From the NCBI GenBank assembly GCA_046498225.1, contig JAWOBF010000057.1:1-15722 (forward strand): a stretch of DNA of 15,722 nucleotides, given 5' to 3'. Positions 15,449-15,722 of the stretch are shown here, piece by piece; the first letter of the stretch is position 1; each line of letters opens with the position of its first letter. The DNA is from Candidatus Aegiribacteria sp. (lineage in GTDB: Bacteria; Fermentibacterota; Fermentibacteria; Fermentibacterales; JCC-6). Below the pieces are notes generated by a model, which was not told the origin of the DNA, searched no databases, and saw only the letters and a program-made list of their open reading frames with translations. The position numbers and the translations under genes are program-made.

Positions 15449-15722
15449 GCGGGACGCGCCCCGGAACTCCGTCACCCCTCTTCTGGGTTCTCCTGTCTCT
15501 GGCCATAGCAGCCGCTGCCGTCCTTTCACTTCTTGCGGGGCCCATGGGGAGCCCTCCTGCCTGGGTGATTACCGGACTGAGGCTTCCCAGACTGGCGCTG
15601 GCCCTGCTGACCGGAGCCGCCCTCTCGGTTTCCGGGTGCGTGCTCCAGTCCATACTGAGGAACGATCTGGCCACGCCCTATACTCTGGGCATTTCCGCCG
15701 GGGCCGGGCTTGTGGCCGGGTC
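15445..15722 (+). CDS. FecCD/BtuC family ABC permease, 5' part (runs off the window; not in the ORF track)
   Basis: GTG 15445 (GTGA overlap) translates to MSGTRPGTPSPLFWVLLSLAIAAAAVLSLLAGPMGSPPAWVITGLRLPRLALALLTGAALSVSGCVLQSILRNDLATPYTLGISAGAGLVAG, containing the family motifs RLPR and GAALSVSG..LQ..LRNxLA.P..LGIS.GA. Confidence 0.9.
   Translation, partial: MSGTRPGTPSPLFWVLLSLAIAAAAVLSLLAGPMGSPPAWVITGLRLPRLALALLTGAALSVSGCVLQSILRNDLATPYTLGISAGAGLVAG

Overview
GC-rich bacterial core-genome window with all real genes on the + strand, in two tightly packed blocks. Block 1 (1-5068): the 3' end of a GGDEF (diguanylate cyclase-type) gene with an unexplained ~110-aa C-terminal extension, a YtcJ-like metal-dependent amidohydrolase, nadC, coaX, a stand-alone CoaC-type flavoprotein without a CoaB domain, and mtnA. 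Block 2 (5272-end) follows a near-consensus sigma70 promoter (TTGACA-17-TACACT): dnaK, dnaJ, mutS2, dnaG, an RpoD-derived but strongly diverged sigma factor, and a BtuF/BtuD/BtuC-like (cobalamin/iron-chelate) ABC importer that runs off the window. I see no mobile element, CRISPR array, rRNA or tRNA, and no clear-cut new multi-gene system. The most unusual points are: (i) the sigma gene in the rpoD slot lacks region 1.1, has altered -10 recognition residues, and its region 1.2 starts upstream of any ATG/GTG/TTG; (ii) a candidate 29-aa leader ORF whose stop codon overlaps the dnaK Shine-Dalgarno; (iii) a structured dnaK-dnaJ spacer; (iv) CoaC without CoaB; (v) the GGDEF C-terminal domain. All family calls come from motif recognition by eye; no searches were run.
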